From: Psammoneis japonica
Taxonomy: Eukaryota
Length of the DNA stretch: 64,000 bases
Assembly: GCA_008632985.1 (NCBI GenBank)
Contig: QPGO01000036.1
Span: forward strand, 62,001 to 126,000
Reading direction: 5' to 3'
The notes beneath the pieces were generated by a model, which saw only the letters and a program-made list of their open reading frames with translations, made no database searches and was not told the origin of the DNA. Made by a program: the position numbers and the translations under genes. Below, in pieces: positions 12,783 to 25,590 of this stretch (position 1 is its first letter; each line of letters opens with the position of its first letter).

Positions 12783-13596
12783 TCAATGCAACTCATTTTC
12801 CTTCTCAAGAGAGGCCACTGAAGCGCAATGCTTGGAACCGGGGACCTGACAACAATGACAAAATGAGCGAGCCATTGCAGGAGTGACACTGTCAAGAGCA
12901 TCAAGGTGGTGCTCAACCCACCTTGTGCTCCCATGTTGCTCAAAGTGTTTTTTGCAGCAACCAAACATCATTTCAATGGGATTCAAGTCAGGGCAGCATG
13001 GGGCAGTGAAGACAAAAGCAGCTCTCTTTTCTTCAATGATGTCCATGATGCACTGTGAGAGGTGAGTTGATGCATTGTCAAGCACAACAATGGACCTTGG
13101 CTCTCCCTCCTCTTCAAAGTTGTCGGTGCAAGCAGCCAGTTTCTCTTCAAACTAAAGTTCAAATTGCTCCTGATCAACTTCTCCTGTGAGTGGGTTGTTC
13201 TTTTTATCTCTTGCATTGCCCCCAAGGAACAATGTCACAGGCCTCCTTTGCAAATCCATCAATGTCACAAGCCACAAGCAATGAATGCTGAGCCTGTTTG
13301 TTGATCTCAAAGGATGTCAATCAAACAGGAGTTGTGTCTCATTGAGACCACCAGTGCCACCATCTTGATGAGTTTCAATCTTTGTGAGACTCATCCAAGC
13401 ACAGTGGCATTTCAGGTCAATGCACTGCAGCCTTCAATGCTTGGAGATGTGATTCCCTTTCTTTCTTGTCTGTTTCCATGGCCTTGTTTGTCACAACTTG
13501 AAGGGAGCATCCCACTTCCTTTCCAAGTTCCTCATGTGTCTGGGCTGGGCTCCATTTCTTGTGAGCAACCTGGCCCAGCACTTGGGTCACTCGCTC
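12783..13596 (-). mobile_element. Tc1/IS630-like DDE transposase remnant (copy B 42889 to ~43900)
   Basis: LDNASTH...FTAPCCPDLNPIEMMF matches the DNAxxH...PYSPDLNPIE signature of IS630/Tc1 transposases, with Tyr replaced by Cys. Confidence 0.85.
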
Positions 13597-15132
13597 TAAT
13601 CTCGTCCACAGGCTCTTCGACGTACTTAAAGTATCTTTCTTCTGCCCAAATCCATGGCAGCCACACACAAGCCAGTCCTCAAGGATGTCAATGCAGCCGA
13701 CAAATGCTCCGCTCTTAATCCAAAGAGCACGCTGTGCAATTGCTTTATTGGAGCATGCTGCAAAACAGTCCAAGATGTTTCGCCGGATCGAGTTGGCGTC
13801 TGAAACAGAGCAACGAGGTGTGCAGCTGAGAGAACAAATCATCCAGGGAAGGGATGTCGAAGGTCATTTCGACCTGGATCTCTGTTTAATCTTACCTGTT
13901 GCGTTTGTCGTTCTCATTCTCGCACAGCCATTTACTGCATACGTCAAGAGTAGTAATGTTGATGGACGAATCGTAACTGTAGCAAATAACACGTGTGCCG
14001 TAGCTTGACACGCGTTGCAGCCAGTGCAGTTGGCGAGCTTGTCCTTGTACAATCTTGTCATCGCTAACAACCATACATATCGCTACAGGCTTCATCCACA
14101 TAATACCTTGTCCATCCATCATGAGTCTTTTTGTATTTAGATCGATTCTAGTCCTGACGTCGAATGAGATCTGTGTCGCAAAAAATAAAGCCGACGGCAC
14201 CCGAGTTGCTCTGTTGTCGCCTTGCCTTCGCTTGTACCTTCTACTGTACTTGCGTAGCAATTGTTCTGAGTTGATTGCTCCTCTACTAGAAGTTGAAAAC
14301 TATGAAATAAGCCCATTTCAAAACATGGCCGTTTTGTTCAATGCCAAATCGCTGCCGACAACTCGCCGGTCTCGATCACATGTCATTCACGGTTCACGAA
14401 GGAAAAAGGCCGATTCATCATTTCCAACTGGTTCACAGTTTCCTTACCTCATCTTTTTTGTTTCTTATGGACACAAGGACTCATTGATTCTGCTGTTTTG
14501 AGTGAATTGTCCTCCAAACTATCCTTACACTCTAGAGTTGCTTCGTACTTGTTCCAAAAGGGCTCCAGCTCGACTTCACCGTCACGATACCCGTGTCTTT
14601 GTACCCGTTCAAAACGTTTAGCATGATGCAAGGGACACGCATACATGCGATTACCATTCTTATATGGAACAAAGCCCTTTTTACACGGCGTAAAGTCAAG
14701 TGTACGTTTACCGGGAGAAGCAAATTTCAGAGTGGCTTGCACAATCGCTCGGCCTTGAAGTGTGTCACTGCCAGCCGATTCTATGTAGTGACCACCACCA
14801 TACAAGTCCCCGTTCTTCGTTGGATATCCACAAATATAACCCCACGGAACTTGTTCAGTACAACTCGATTTAATTTTATATCATTCACTCGGAAGAATTC
14901 CGAAATCAAGAAACTTGCTCTTGTAAGTGTTGCGTGTTGTTGTTGCAGACTTGATACCTTCTCGCTTAGCTTCTAGTGCTAATAACCTGGCTGAAGAACG
15001 CTTCTTGTTTACGGGTATTACGGGTATTCCTTGGGCACATGTAGCGTGATGTGCCATGACTTGTTGCGGATGTGATGTTGTCTTGGTTGCGGCCGCTACT
15101 TCATCCGCTACTTCATCCAGCACGTTGCTCAT
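13597..15132 (-). pseudogene. Multi-exon gene of unknown function with an in-frame TGA (14883-14881), 3'-truncated at the repeat junction
   Basis: Normal TA/CG composition. ORFs 14881-15225 and 14449-14805 are in the same frame. Candidate GTAAG donors at ~14447 and ~13895 and acceptors near 14290 and 13827 link further ORFs. No domain recognised. Confidence 0.4.
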
Positions 15133-15414
15133 GGTGAATGGCGAGAGCGGTGCGGTGCGGTGCGGTGAAGATGTTGTCTGATGTGTGCGGCGGCGCGCGG
15201 CGCATGGCCGTAGGCATAGGCTCAAGTTGAAGAAATAGGCTGGTATGTCGCCTCAACGGAAAAATCTTTAACATACATCATTTAAGATAATTTTATATGT
15301 GCCGATTTGTAACCTTTTCGCCGAATATTTGGTCCGTCATCTATCCGTCAGATTGTTGATTTTCGTGACCTCTCATGCCTTTTTCACCGCGACATACAAA
15401 GCACGGCACAATGG

Positions 15415-15446
15415 CGCCGTCACGCCGTCACGCCGTCACGCCGTCA
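15415..15446 (+). repeat. (CGCCGTCA)4 tandem octamer between two divergent gene remnants
   Basis: Read directly from the sequence. Confidence 0.9.
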
Positions 15447-15530
15447 CGATTTTGAGCACAAGCGACCGATGCCCCACCTTCCTTTGTGAAAATGCCGTCT
15501 CTTTTACGCCATGGCCGGGGATCAGGCTCA

Positions 15531-16294
15531 ATGTCGGAAGACCGGATTAAGCAGCTAGAATCGGTGGGTTTTGTATGGAATGTGCACGAACAATCCTGGG
15601 ATAAGCATTATCGAGAGCTCGAACAGCTTTACAAAGAACGTGGACATACGCTTGTACCGAATGTAAATGTATCTCCTCTTGGAAAGTTTGTGGCTGGAAC
15701 AACTCAACAAGCTCGAATTCGTTTGGGATGCACGCGAAGCGACTTGGATGGAACGCTACAATGAGCTCTGCAAATATCGAGATAATCACGGTAATTGGTG
15801 AGTAATACTTGGAAGAACCGTATTTGTTTCGGTTGTTGGTATCTGCATGCAAGAGTTGAGTCGAGCTGACTATTATTTCTGTTGTCTCTTGTATGCATCT
15901 CAGTTCGGTTCCAAAAGCATACGATTCTAATCCTGAACTCGGACGCTGGGTGGATAACCAACGATTTCAATATAGGCTTCTCAAAGCAAATAAAAAAGGT
16001 GGTGGGAACAAAACAGTCTCGTTGTCAAAAGAGCGCATTAAGTTATTGAACAAGATTGATTTCATCTGGAATGCCTATGATGTCGCTTGGGTGCAAAAAT
16101 ATCTGAGATTATCGGAATTTGTAAGAATAAATGGTCCGGTCAGTGGTGGAAGTGTTCCTAAAGACCCATCGCTTGCGAACTGGATCCGGAAACAGCGGCA
16201 GCTATATAGAAAACGAATCGAAGGAGAAAAGGTGAGCTTGACGCAAGAGCGCATTGAAGAACTGGAGAAGCTTGGGTTTTCCTGGGAAATGTGA
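15531..16294 (+). pseudogene. Helicase-associated (HA) domain repeat protein; intron 15798-15903; internal deletion/frameshift near 15690
   Basis: RIKQLESVGFVW...WDKHYREL...GHTLVP; LEFVWDAREATWMERYNEL...HGNC|SVP...LGRWVDNQR; LANWIRKQR...RIEELEKLGFSW. GTGAGT...CAG intron. The first repeat jumps frame after GKFV. Confidence 0.8.
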
Positions 16295-17699
16295 GAAAGT
16301 CTCTTGAAAAGCTGTTTTCAGTGTCTTGAAGGGTATGACCGAGTCGATCGGAGTACGAGTTGCATGTGGACGGAAACGATTGCCATGCTTTATTGGTGTC
16401 ATCAGTCTTTCGAAGGCCTTCTTGCTAGTGGCACTTATGCCGCACTCTAAGTGTGCTGCAAGTGCGGGTTAGGCGGCTCCGGCTCTAAATAATGTAGATC
16501 TGTTTTTTTTTTGTTAAAGCGACTGTAGCCACAAGAAAATCTCCAACTTCTTGACGCAAAAGCAATCTGTGCCGCATTGACCAAGCGCAAAGGCAGTCAG
16601 CAAGGCACAAGCTTTCAGCTGCTGGAAATCCACATTGCGCAAAATGAGGGAAACATTCAAGGTTTTGAAGGTCGGCACCCAACAAATTGCGATGGAAAAG
16701 ACACCCATGCAATGGTGCTCCACAAAGGCAAGGCATGGCAGCGCCATGTCCATTTGAGGACAGTTCATACAAACATCAATCAAGTCTCACCCAAGTGCAT
16801 CCTCAAACAGTGTCATTGTCTGACCTGCTTCCACCACATCCTCTTGCACTGCAAGTGGGGAAAGGAACTCAAATTCTGTGCAAGGTTGCATCCTTGTGCA
16901 GCTTGCTCCAACTTTGTGGTCATTGTTCATGAACACCACATCAATCAAGTGGCATGCAGCACATTTTCATCCCAGTTGGGCAACTCAAAGCCATTGACAA
17001 ACACCTCATGCCAACTGTTGCACTGCTCAATGTGCACCAGGGAAAGCCACCATGAGACTTGCTGCCCCATTTCAAAAGCCACAAGAGCTCAGATGCTGCA
17101 CAGTGGAACAACAAATGCAAGGCATCTGCCAGGAAACAGCAGCTTGTTCATTTCTGTGAGGGTTTCTTGGACAGTTTCTGCTGGTTCTGTGGTGGTGTGC
17201 CAACTCTTCTTGCAGGGCCATGAGCACCAGATTGCTGTGCAAAGCCTCTGACAAAGCAGTTGCCTTCTTCCAAGTCAGCATGCAAGTGTGCCTTAAAGAC
17301 TCACCATTTTCACTTTTGCTGTGCAACTGTGATCATTCTGGCAGCAGTGTTTCTTTTCTTGAACATTGACTGAGAGGTGTTCAACCATGTGATGTGCTGC
17401 ATTGCTGGCTTTGCTTTTATCCCTGCCAGGTTTGGGTCAGAATCAAGGTGCAAGTGTTGTCACAGCTGGTTTGTGCACCACTTCCCTTTTTCCATGGTGG
17501 CACATGAGCTGGTGCTGCAATGACATGTTGTGAAGGGCAGTGAAGCAGACCAGTCTTCTGCTGCTCCAGCTGGCCTCACAGTGTTCTGACAGCTTGGTGC
17601 CTCAGTGTGGTGCAGGTGAGTGTGGTTGGGACACAAGTGAGGGCTTTCCACCACTTGAGCATCAACCACCTTGAAACCTGCTAGTGTAGTTGACAAGAA

Positions 17700-18640
17700 C
17701 TCAGTTGTGATGTTGGCATCAGAAGCAGCTCTGGTTGTTTAGCATTGAGCAATGATGAGATCCATTGGAACAAGAAATCAGTGTGGGCACGAGATGTTGT
17801 GTGACTCCATCAGACCATTTTCAGTTTGGTGCATCATGGACATTGACTGACATCTCACAGCACTCTCTCCAGATTTATTTTCTCTGATGCCTTCATTCTT
17901 GAGCAAATCCAGAGCATGTCACAGCCAGCTGTTTTGCAATTGAGACAGCTTGAACAGCCACCAGGCAAGCTGGCAATTGGCATTGCAACAGTCCAGCAAA
18001 TGTCAATGACAAGCCTTGTGGCATCCTGCAATGAAAAAACAAACACCCCAGTGTGGACCCCATCCAAAAAAAAGAGAAGAGCAGTGCAGTGCTGAAACAA
18101 AAACAACAATGTCAAAGCATGCAATGATGCTGCAAGCTCTGCAACCACCATTGCAGTCCATTGATGCACATGATGCAGAACACCTTTCACACAATTGAAG
18201 ATTGCTGTGTTGTGCTTTTGGCATTTCCATTTCTGTTGCAAAGGTTCAAATGTTGAAAATTGCCATTGAAGTTGGTTGCATGGGGTGATGTTGCCTCAAG
18301 ATCCCATCAAAGGATGGAGCTCTCAAGCCTTTGCTGTCTTCAGAGTGAAGTGTCACTAAAAAAAAAGGGGGGGGGGGGGGGGGGCACACTTGAGGAGACA
18401 AAAAGAAAACTTGCAAGTCATGCCAAATCAAAGCTCTGCACAAGTGAAGACTTGCCACACCATGTTGCTGATGTGACGGAGCCCCAAACCTTGCATTCCA
18501 TCAATGGCATGATCTGCTTGGCAAGCTTCTTTTGCTGTTTTGCAGATGAGTGCTGCTGTCTGTTTCAACAAAACCATGACCTTGGGGTCAAGCAAACAGG
18601 CAACTTGTTCCTGTGGTCAAAAACAGCAAGATGGCACTGC
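17700..18640 (+). repeat. Hypermutated copy of the repeat that is intact at ~29560-30500
   Basis: Colinear blocks, e.g. gttggttgcatggggtgatgttgcctcaag versus atcggttgcgtagggtgacgttgcctcaag, and ccatcaatggcatgatctgcttggcaagc versus ccgtcaacggtatgatctgcttggcaagc. Confidence 0.9.
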
Positions 18641-21600
18641 TGACCAACAAAATCCAGACAAAGAAGAGATTGAAGTGGGGCTGCTCAATGACTGTGTGAA
18701 AAATGGCCAAATTAAATGACCAAAATGAAACTCATGAAAAAGAATCTGCCTCCTCTGAATAAAAAAAATGAACCCAGTTTTCCTGCTGGGCATCAGACCT
18801 CTCTCTTCAGCCAACACAATGATCAAAGGCTCTTTCCTGCAATTTCCCACCTGGGACAATCCAGTGCCAGTGCCCAAATGAGCCATCTCTGGCAACTTCA
18901 ACATCAGCAAGAGCCAAGCATCATTTGATGATGCAATGTGTGCATCTTTGGCACCACACACCAATCATTTCTAGGGGAAAATGTGGCCAATCTCAGATTT
19001 CAGCAGAGTCAACAAAAGAAAGCATTGGTTGCTCATTTGCTTGTTGGGTGTGCTTGTCAACTTGCACAGAATCTAAGGGATGATGGGCTCACACTTCAGA
19101 CAATCTTGATTCCCAGACAAATCATCACACACCACATCCCAGCTGTGGCCATCCCAGATTCCCAGATTAAATTAAAGAATGGTGGACAAAAGATCCTCAA
19201 GCCTCTTGGAGGGGCTCACAACTGAAGAAATGAAATTGGTAGATGGTGCCAGAACATGGGGTGGTTGATCTCTTCTGGGTTGAGTGGCAAAGCAAGAACA
19301 AGCTTCCACTGGCAGAAATGATGCACTCTGCATCTGGAACCTTTGTCACAGAACATTGGTGCTTGGGAATGGCACACACAAGGTGGAGCTTTCAGCACTT
19401 GGGGCAGACACGTGCCTTGCTGCTGCTGCTGCTTGATTGACAAAATGAGGTGATCTCCTTTTGCACCTTTTTCTCTTTTTTGCTGGTGACAGATGGGACA
19501 CACATGCCAGAAAACCCCAACAATTGGATGACAAGCACTGCCGTGCATGCCGTGTGGCTCTGTGTGGCACTGTGTGGTGCACAGCACATGAATGTCACAA
19601 AAAAAATGACACCAACTGTGAAAGATGATGCAACACTTGCTCAGATGCAAAGGTTGTTGTTGAGTTGACAAATCAATCACAGGAATGACTTGACTTTTGA
19701 TCACACTGACACATCAACATCAGGCACACAGCATGACAGACCACCACACATGAGGCACAGGGCACTGTGCGCAGGAGACAGACGTCTGGACTTTTTGAAC
19801 AAAGTTGCAACTTGGTGTGGCACCATTTTGCTGTGCCTGAAGAGCAAGAAGTTTGTCATGACAAGCCACACAAAACACATGTCCACCCCCCAGCCTGCAA
19901 GCAATGTCAGCCAAAAACAAATGCAACCAACAAGAAGTGTGGGGCTTGAAGGTTTGAGTGAGCTGTTTTTTTTTTCTTTCAAAAAGGCTCTTGTTTGAGA
20001 CGCTGCTCTGTCTTCTTTTGTCCATCTTCCTCACCATCTGCTGTTTGAATCTTCTCTGATCTCTTGAAAATCCAAAAACAGAGCAATGAGCTTCTGTTGG
20101 TGGTGAAAACAATGTGCTCTGCATCTTTGTCACAGAGTTTGGTGCCTGGCACTGTGCTGTGTGAAGTTGCTGGACTTTTGGTGGAGTGAGCAAGTCAGAC
20201 ATTTTCCATTCTTTGCAAGTGATGGATGGAGCACACACACCAGAAAACTTCAAAAGTTGGACCATGTGGTGTGGCACACACCCATGTGGCACACAAACAC
20301 AAAATGAGGTGTGCACATGTGAAATGACAAATGACAGTGGAGTCCAAGCTGCAGAGTGCAGCATCAAGACTGGTGCGCAGCTGTCAGCACACCCATTGAC
20401 ACTGGACAGTGTTGTTGAGCTCTTTTGTCTCTCTCTTTTTTGTGATGCAGCTGCACTCAATCCACCTGATCCACCCAAGCATTGCAATGTGGATGTTGGC
20501 ACAAGTTCCTCTTCCCAATCAGCATGCTCTTCAGTGCCAAGAAGGGTGGGCCAGTCATTGTTTTGCAACACAGCACATGATGGCCAAGCAAACAAAGCCT
20601 TCCTCAGCATGCAATGAAACTCCTGTCAGCTTGGGCCACACATCAGGAAGCCCTGATGCCAAGAGCCAACCCAATGTTCAGCTGAGTGCACCTGCAAGCA
20701 CTCACACACACAAAGAGAAGAAGAGTGACCATGGAGACATCTCAGTTTGTGGCTGGTGAGAAAGAGCAGCCAATGCCATCATGACAAGTCATGCTTGTCC
20801 AAAATGCCAAAAAAGCTTCTGCCAGACTGCCAAAAAAGCAACTTCAAGCCACACCCTGAGCAACACCACACACCTTTTGCAGCACTGGACATGCAATGAA
20901 TGGCTCAGCAAAGAGGCCAAGGCAACCCCACATGTGATGGCAGCATGACCAACAGACAAACGGCAAAAGCCACACTCAGAAGCATGCAGCTTTGTCAGTG
21001 TTGGTTCATGAGCGAGCATCACAGCAGTGGGGGCAATGCACGTTGTCCTGCAAGGCATGCAAGCATCCCATCCTCTCAGCAAACAACAAACAAGTGCCAG
21101 GAAACATGCGCAGCAGCCAGCAATGTGTGCAGGTGCAGTGCACAGGCAGTGGGGAAACAGCACTGGTCTGTTCCTGGTGTGGAGGAAGCAGTGACAGAAG
21201 GGGGGAGTTTGCCATGACAAACCACACAAAACCCACCAAAACACACCCATCACTCCCAATGACCTAAAAATCAACTAAAAAATGCAACCAACACATGTGG
21301 GGCTTGAAGCCTTGGGCAAGTCATTTTGCTTAAAATGACAGTGAGATGGTGCTCAACACCAGAAAGGCAACCTGTTGCAAGAGGATGTCATGCAACACAG
21401 GAGCACAAGGAAGATTGTCATTTTAACCAGAGCTCATTCCACATTGAACACAAGCTTGCTGTTGTCCAAAGAGAACAGTTTGCTGTTGACACCTCTGTTG
21501 GAAACAAAGAAGTTTGCAGAGTTTGATGACCCCCCTAAAGCTGTCAGTCACAATGAGCTCCGGCATGGCTTCAAGACAATGTGAGTCTAACTCACTGCTC

Positions 21601-24379
21601 TGAAGCACAGAAAATCCAGCTCTGGGTTATGGGTTCTTTCTGCTTCAGCAGAGCATGTGCAGAAAATTCCCGTGCCTGGATTTCAGCAGACAAATGGCTG
21701 TTGAACAAGGAAGAACACACTCAGAAAGGCATTGTCTGCAATGGGATTGGCACGTGTCTGTTGTTGCACCAGAACTCCTCCCAAACAATTGTCTCAGGGT
21801 GGTGCAATTCCTGGAGATGTCTCTGCTGGCCTCTCCACTGGCAAAGTTGAATCTGCATGATGACTCACTCACAAATGGCAGAGATGACAGGCAACAGTTT
21901 CTTCCAAGAGGTGAAGAACCTGTGTTGCTTGAACATTGGCTCAAATGACTTCATCTGCAAAGGCATCCTGCTCCAGTTTGCCAAGCTGGTGCAATTGTTT
22001 GTCATGGACATTTTGAGCTTGGGCTGCACAGGAGAGTTCAAAGAAAAGGCAATCCAGGGGTTGCATGTTCTAAAAACTCTGAGAGAATCAGGAGGAACTG
22101 CAATGGCCAGGATGGCTTTGTGCATGCTGGTCAGCACCAGGAAAATGTTGCACAGAGAGTTTCTGAGCAACAAAAATGTTGCTCACCTGTTGCTGCATGC
22201 ATCCAATTGCTCATGGATCTGAAGACTTGCTGACAACTCACAGAATGTTCTCGGTGTCCTGACAGACTGTCATCCCACCAAGCTTCTGACCATGTGTGTG
22301 CACTCATCAATGCATGGGTGGATGACTCACCAAATTTTTGCACTGTCACAATCATGTTGGATCAGCAATTTGCTGATCTGGTGCTCTTTCATTGAATTTG
22401 CTCCTCCATGGCACCAACTGGCACACAAGTGTCAAACATGTCTGTGATGCCAACTGGCACTCAAGTGTCAAACACACATGCAATGCATGCTTTCATGCAC
22501 TTCAATGACTTGGCTCTGCTGCTGCGTGTGTGCCAGCTGCTGTGAGACAAAATGTCCCTGTCATTCACTCCTGCATGCTTTGACAATTGCACAATTTTTG
22601 CTGTTGCAACTGTTTGGTGTGACCACATTCTGGGCAATTGATGCTGTCAAATAAAAACTCAGGGGTTGACACACTCTCTGAACCACAACAGCCACATGTT
22701 GTCAACCACAAAAACAAGAACAGCAACAAAAAATCAGCACTTTGTGCAGGCAATTCTGATCCCCACCTTGAGTTTTGTTTTGCCCCCCCCCCCGTGCACC
22801 ATGACCATTGCACACAGCCCACCCAAGAGGTCACTTCCTTGGTTGGTTGGAAGTTGCTGATTTTTTGTGAACTCAGGTGCTGCCCTGTCTGGGAAGCAAC
22901 ATTGAGCAACTCCCAATGCAGGCAAGCAACACCTTTGCCAATTGTGCTTTCACTCCTGGAGACAATGCTTGCTGCAATTCTGTGCATCCTTTGAGGTTTG
23001 GCCCTGCACTTCAACTGTGCCAACTTGTTTCTTGTGACAGACAGAATGCCTCAGAAAAGGAAAGCAGCAGAGACCCTCAAGATCAGCTGTTGGTGGTGGT
23101 TGAGTCTTGCACTCATTGTGCTCCCCTTGGCAATCCACAGCAGAAATGTTCTCTGTGGAGGTGTTCAAGAAGGCTCTTCAGAATCTGTCACTTGTGGAGC
23201 CCCTCAACACAAAGGTTGAGCTGTTTTTGGCAGCTTGCATTTGCCTCCACCCAAGTCAGGTTTAAAGCTCTTGCTGCTGTTCCCAGGAGGGGCATGTTGC
23301 ATGAAGAGTGTGGGGGCTTTCACCTCACATTGAAGGAAATGGCTGCAACTGCATGGGTGTCATTTGCTTGAGGCTTGTCCAGATTTTTTATTTTGTGCTC
23401 AAGTTTGAGTGTGGGGGTGGCTGTGTTCACTGGTGGCACCCCCCTTTTAACTTCATTCCTGGACAGACTTCAAGCATCTGGACCGTTTGTGATTCAATTT
23501 GTCAGCACCACAAACACTCTTTCATTGGCTGGCATTGAGGCTTTGCTCCAAGCTTTGCAGCACAGAGACCATCTGTTTCTTTCACCCTCTCAGAGGTTTT
23601 GCTCATGACCAGTTTGTGGGGTCCTGTTTTTCATCTGATGGTGTGTGTTGTTCCATGCACCTGATTGTGTCTAATTTAACATGTGGGCCCTCAGTTGTTC
23701 TTCAAATCCTTTTTGATTTTTCCTTTTCCTGTTTGTGTGCAGGTGGCTTTTCCCTTTGCCTTCTTCTTTGATGGACTCTTTCCTTTTTGAGCCAGCTGCC
23801 TTGTCAACTGCTTCCAACAGATCCTCTCCATGGTCAGCTTCTTCTTCTGCCAGCTCCTCTCTGTGGTCAGCTTTGCAGTCTCAGCTTCTTTTTTTAGAGG
23901 TTTTGCCAACAACTGGGTTTTAGGATCCTTTTTTCACTTGATGTTTTAGGATGTTCTGTGTGCCTGAATGTGTTTGATTTAAATTGTTTTCCCTTTCTTC
24001 CCAGTCTTTTCTTTCTCTTGGTGGTCTGCTCATGACTTGTCTTGTGTCTGTCCTTTTGCATCATTGACTCATCCTTTTTGGACCCAGCTGCCTTGTCAAC
24101 TGCTTCTGCAGCTCCTCTCTGTCATCACTTGTGTTGATCTTTTCAGTTGGATCCACCAAAGCCTCTTCGTCCTCCAGCTTTTGCTGGTCATTGCTTTTTG
24201 CAAACTGCACAGCTGCACCTTTTCACTCATCTGCTGCCTCAACTGGTTTGCCTTCCTGGCTGAGATCTTGTCCTTGTTGCACTTCACAATTTCACAGCCA
24301 GGGTTTTTCATTGAGTGGCTTTTCTCATGAGGCCCATTTCAATTGCAATCACAGTGAAAAACTTGCCTCACTTCAACTC

Positions 24380-25590
24380 CCACTTTTCCCATTTAAATGC
24401 AAGAGTGAATGTCAGAGCGGATCGACTTGCTGGCGCCCATCAAGGTCGCTATGATTGGGACACATCACGTGTTCTCCCGTTTCCTCACTGCCATTCTTGC
24501 TTGTCACTTGCAGACGGCACCTTGACCTCTGGTCACAAGCAACAGCTTCGAAATGCAGCCACTGCTCCCCAGCTGTTGGAGTGCACAGTCGAGCGCAATC
24601 AATGGCGACGAGAGGTTGTTGACCTCGTGAACTGGGACGCCCACGCAGTTTTGATCAAGCGTCATTCCAAGCAACACGTTGGCACGGTGAAACTCGCACA
24701 CGATCTCCTTCCTGCCAACAAGATGGCACACCGGTACAATCCGGTTCGCCCTCATCACTGCCTTGAGTGTGAGCATCCCATGGAAGACAGGGATCACATC
24801 CTTCGATGTCCAGAAAACGAAGCATGGCGCCGGAAGTTTCTACAAGGCCTTCGGAAATGTTGCGACTGCATCGATGCAATGCCAACTCTACGAGACTTCC
24901 TCATCAATTCTCTTCAAGCCTGGTTTAACGAAGAGATCATTTACACGGACGATGTTGATTGCCGCTGTCAGGAGCTGTGGCGCGCGCAATCAGATGTTGG
25001 TTGGAGACAGATTTTTAGTGGCCGCCATTCAACTTTGTGGAACCTGATTCAGTCGGGACATTTGCGGGATTCGGGCATCCTTCGCCAACACAAAGCTGAA
25101 GACAAGCATCCACCAGATTGGACGGCACAGATCGGGTCATTCATCTGGAGACAATGGTGGGAACTGTGGGAGGAACACAATGCATTCATGCACGGCCACG
25201 ATGCGGATTCATGCAAGTCATCCCAATGGCGAATGGCAGAAGCAGAACTGACCGCAATGCATGACAAACAACAAGAGCACCTTGCGAAAGATTGAGCAGC
25301 CCTTCTTGATTCAGTGGAAGAACACAAGACGTTCACAACGGTTCGAATTCAGAATTGGATTGCTGTGGTTCGTCCCCGATTAAAAGAAAGTTTGAAGGAA
25401 GCCAGGAAACTGGCGCGTCGTGGCACACGCACCATTGCCAGTTATTTCCGTCGGGCGTCTCCTCCGGGAGGCGCCGTTTCAGGCTAATCGCATCCACTTC
25501 TGCCGCACTTGCAAGTCAAGTGCACTGGAGGTGTGGGTCAGCCGGCGCCGGTGTTGCTGGGCAAAGGTGCAACAGCACTTTAAATTAGGA
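24380..25590 (+). mobile_element. 5'-truncated non-LTR (LINE-like) retrotransposon, 3' part
   Basis: NVRADRLA (end of RNase H), then VNWDAH, VKLAHDLLP, CLECEHPMEDRDHILRCP (Cys/His finger), QSDVGWRQIFSGR and WELWEEHNAFMHG. Ends at cactttaaattag. TA depleted, CG retained. Confidence 0.8.

Larger units (their letters stand above)
1..13596 (+). repeat. Segmental duplication, copy A (pairs with 32382-43702)
   Basis: Colinear near-identical sequence from position 1 (atgatgtgattcttcgcgaaag) to ...cttgggtcactcgctc at 13596. The ORF track repeats the same peptides about 30-32 kb downstream. Confidence 0.97.

Noticed and set aside
18700..24300. Possible further TE or gene remnants (also 6850-9400, 16500-17600, 25900-27500, 46550-47900)
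   Set aside because: Converted composition implies decayed repeats or genes, but I could not identify diagnostic motifs.
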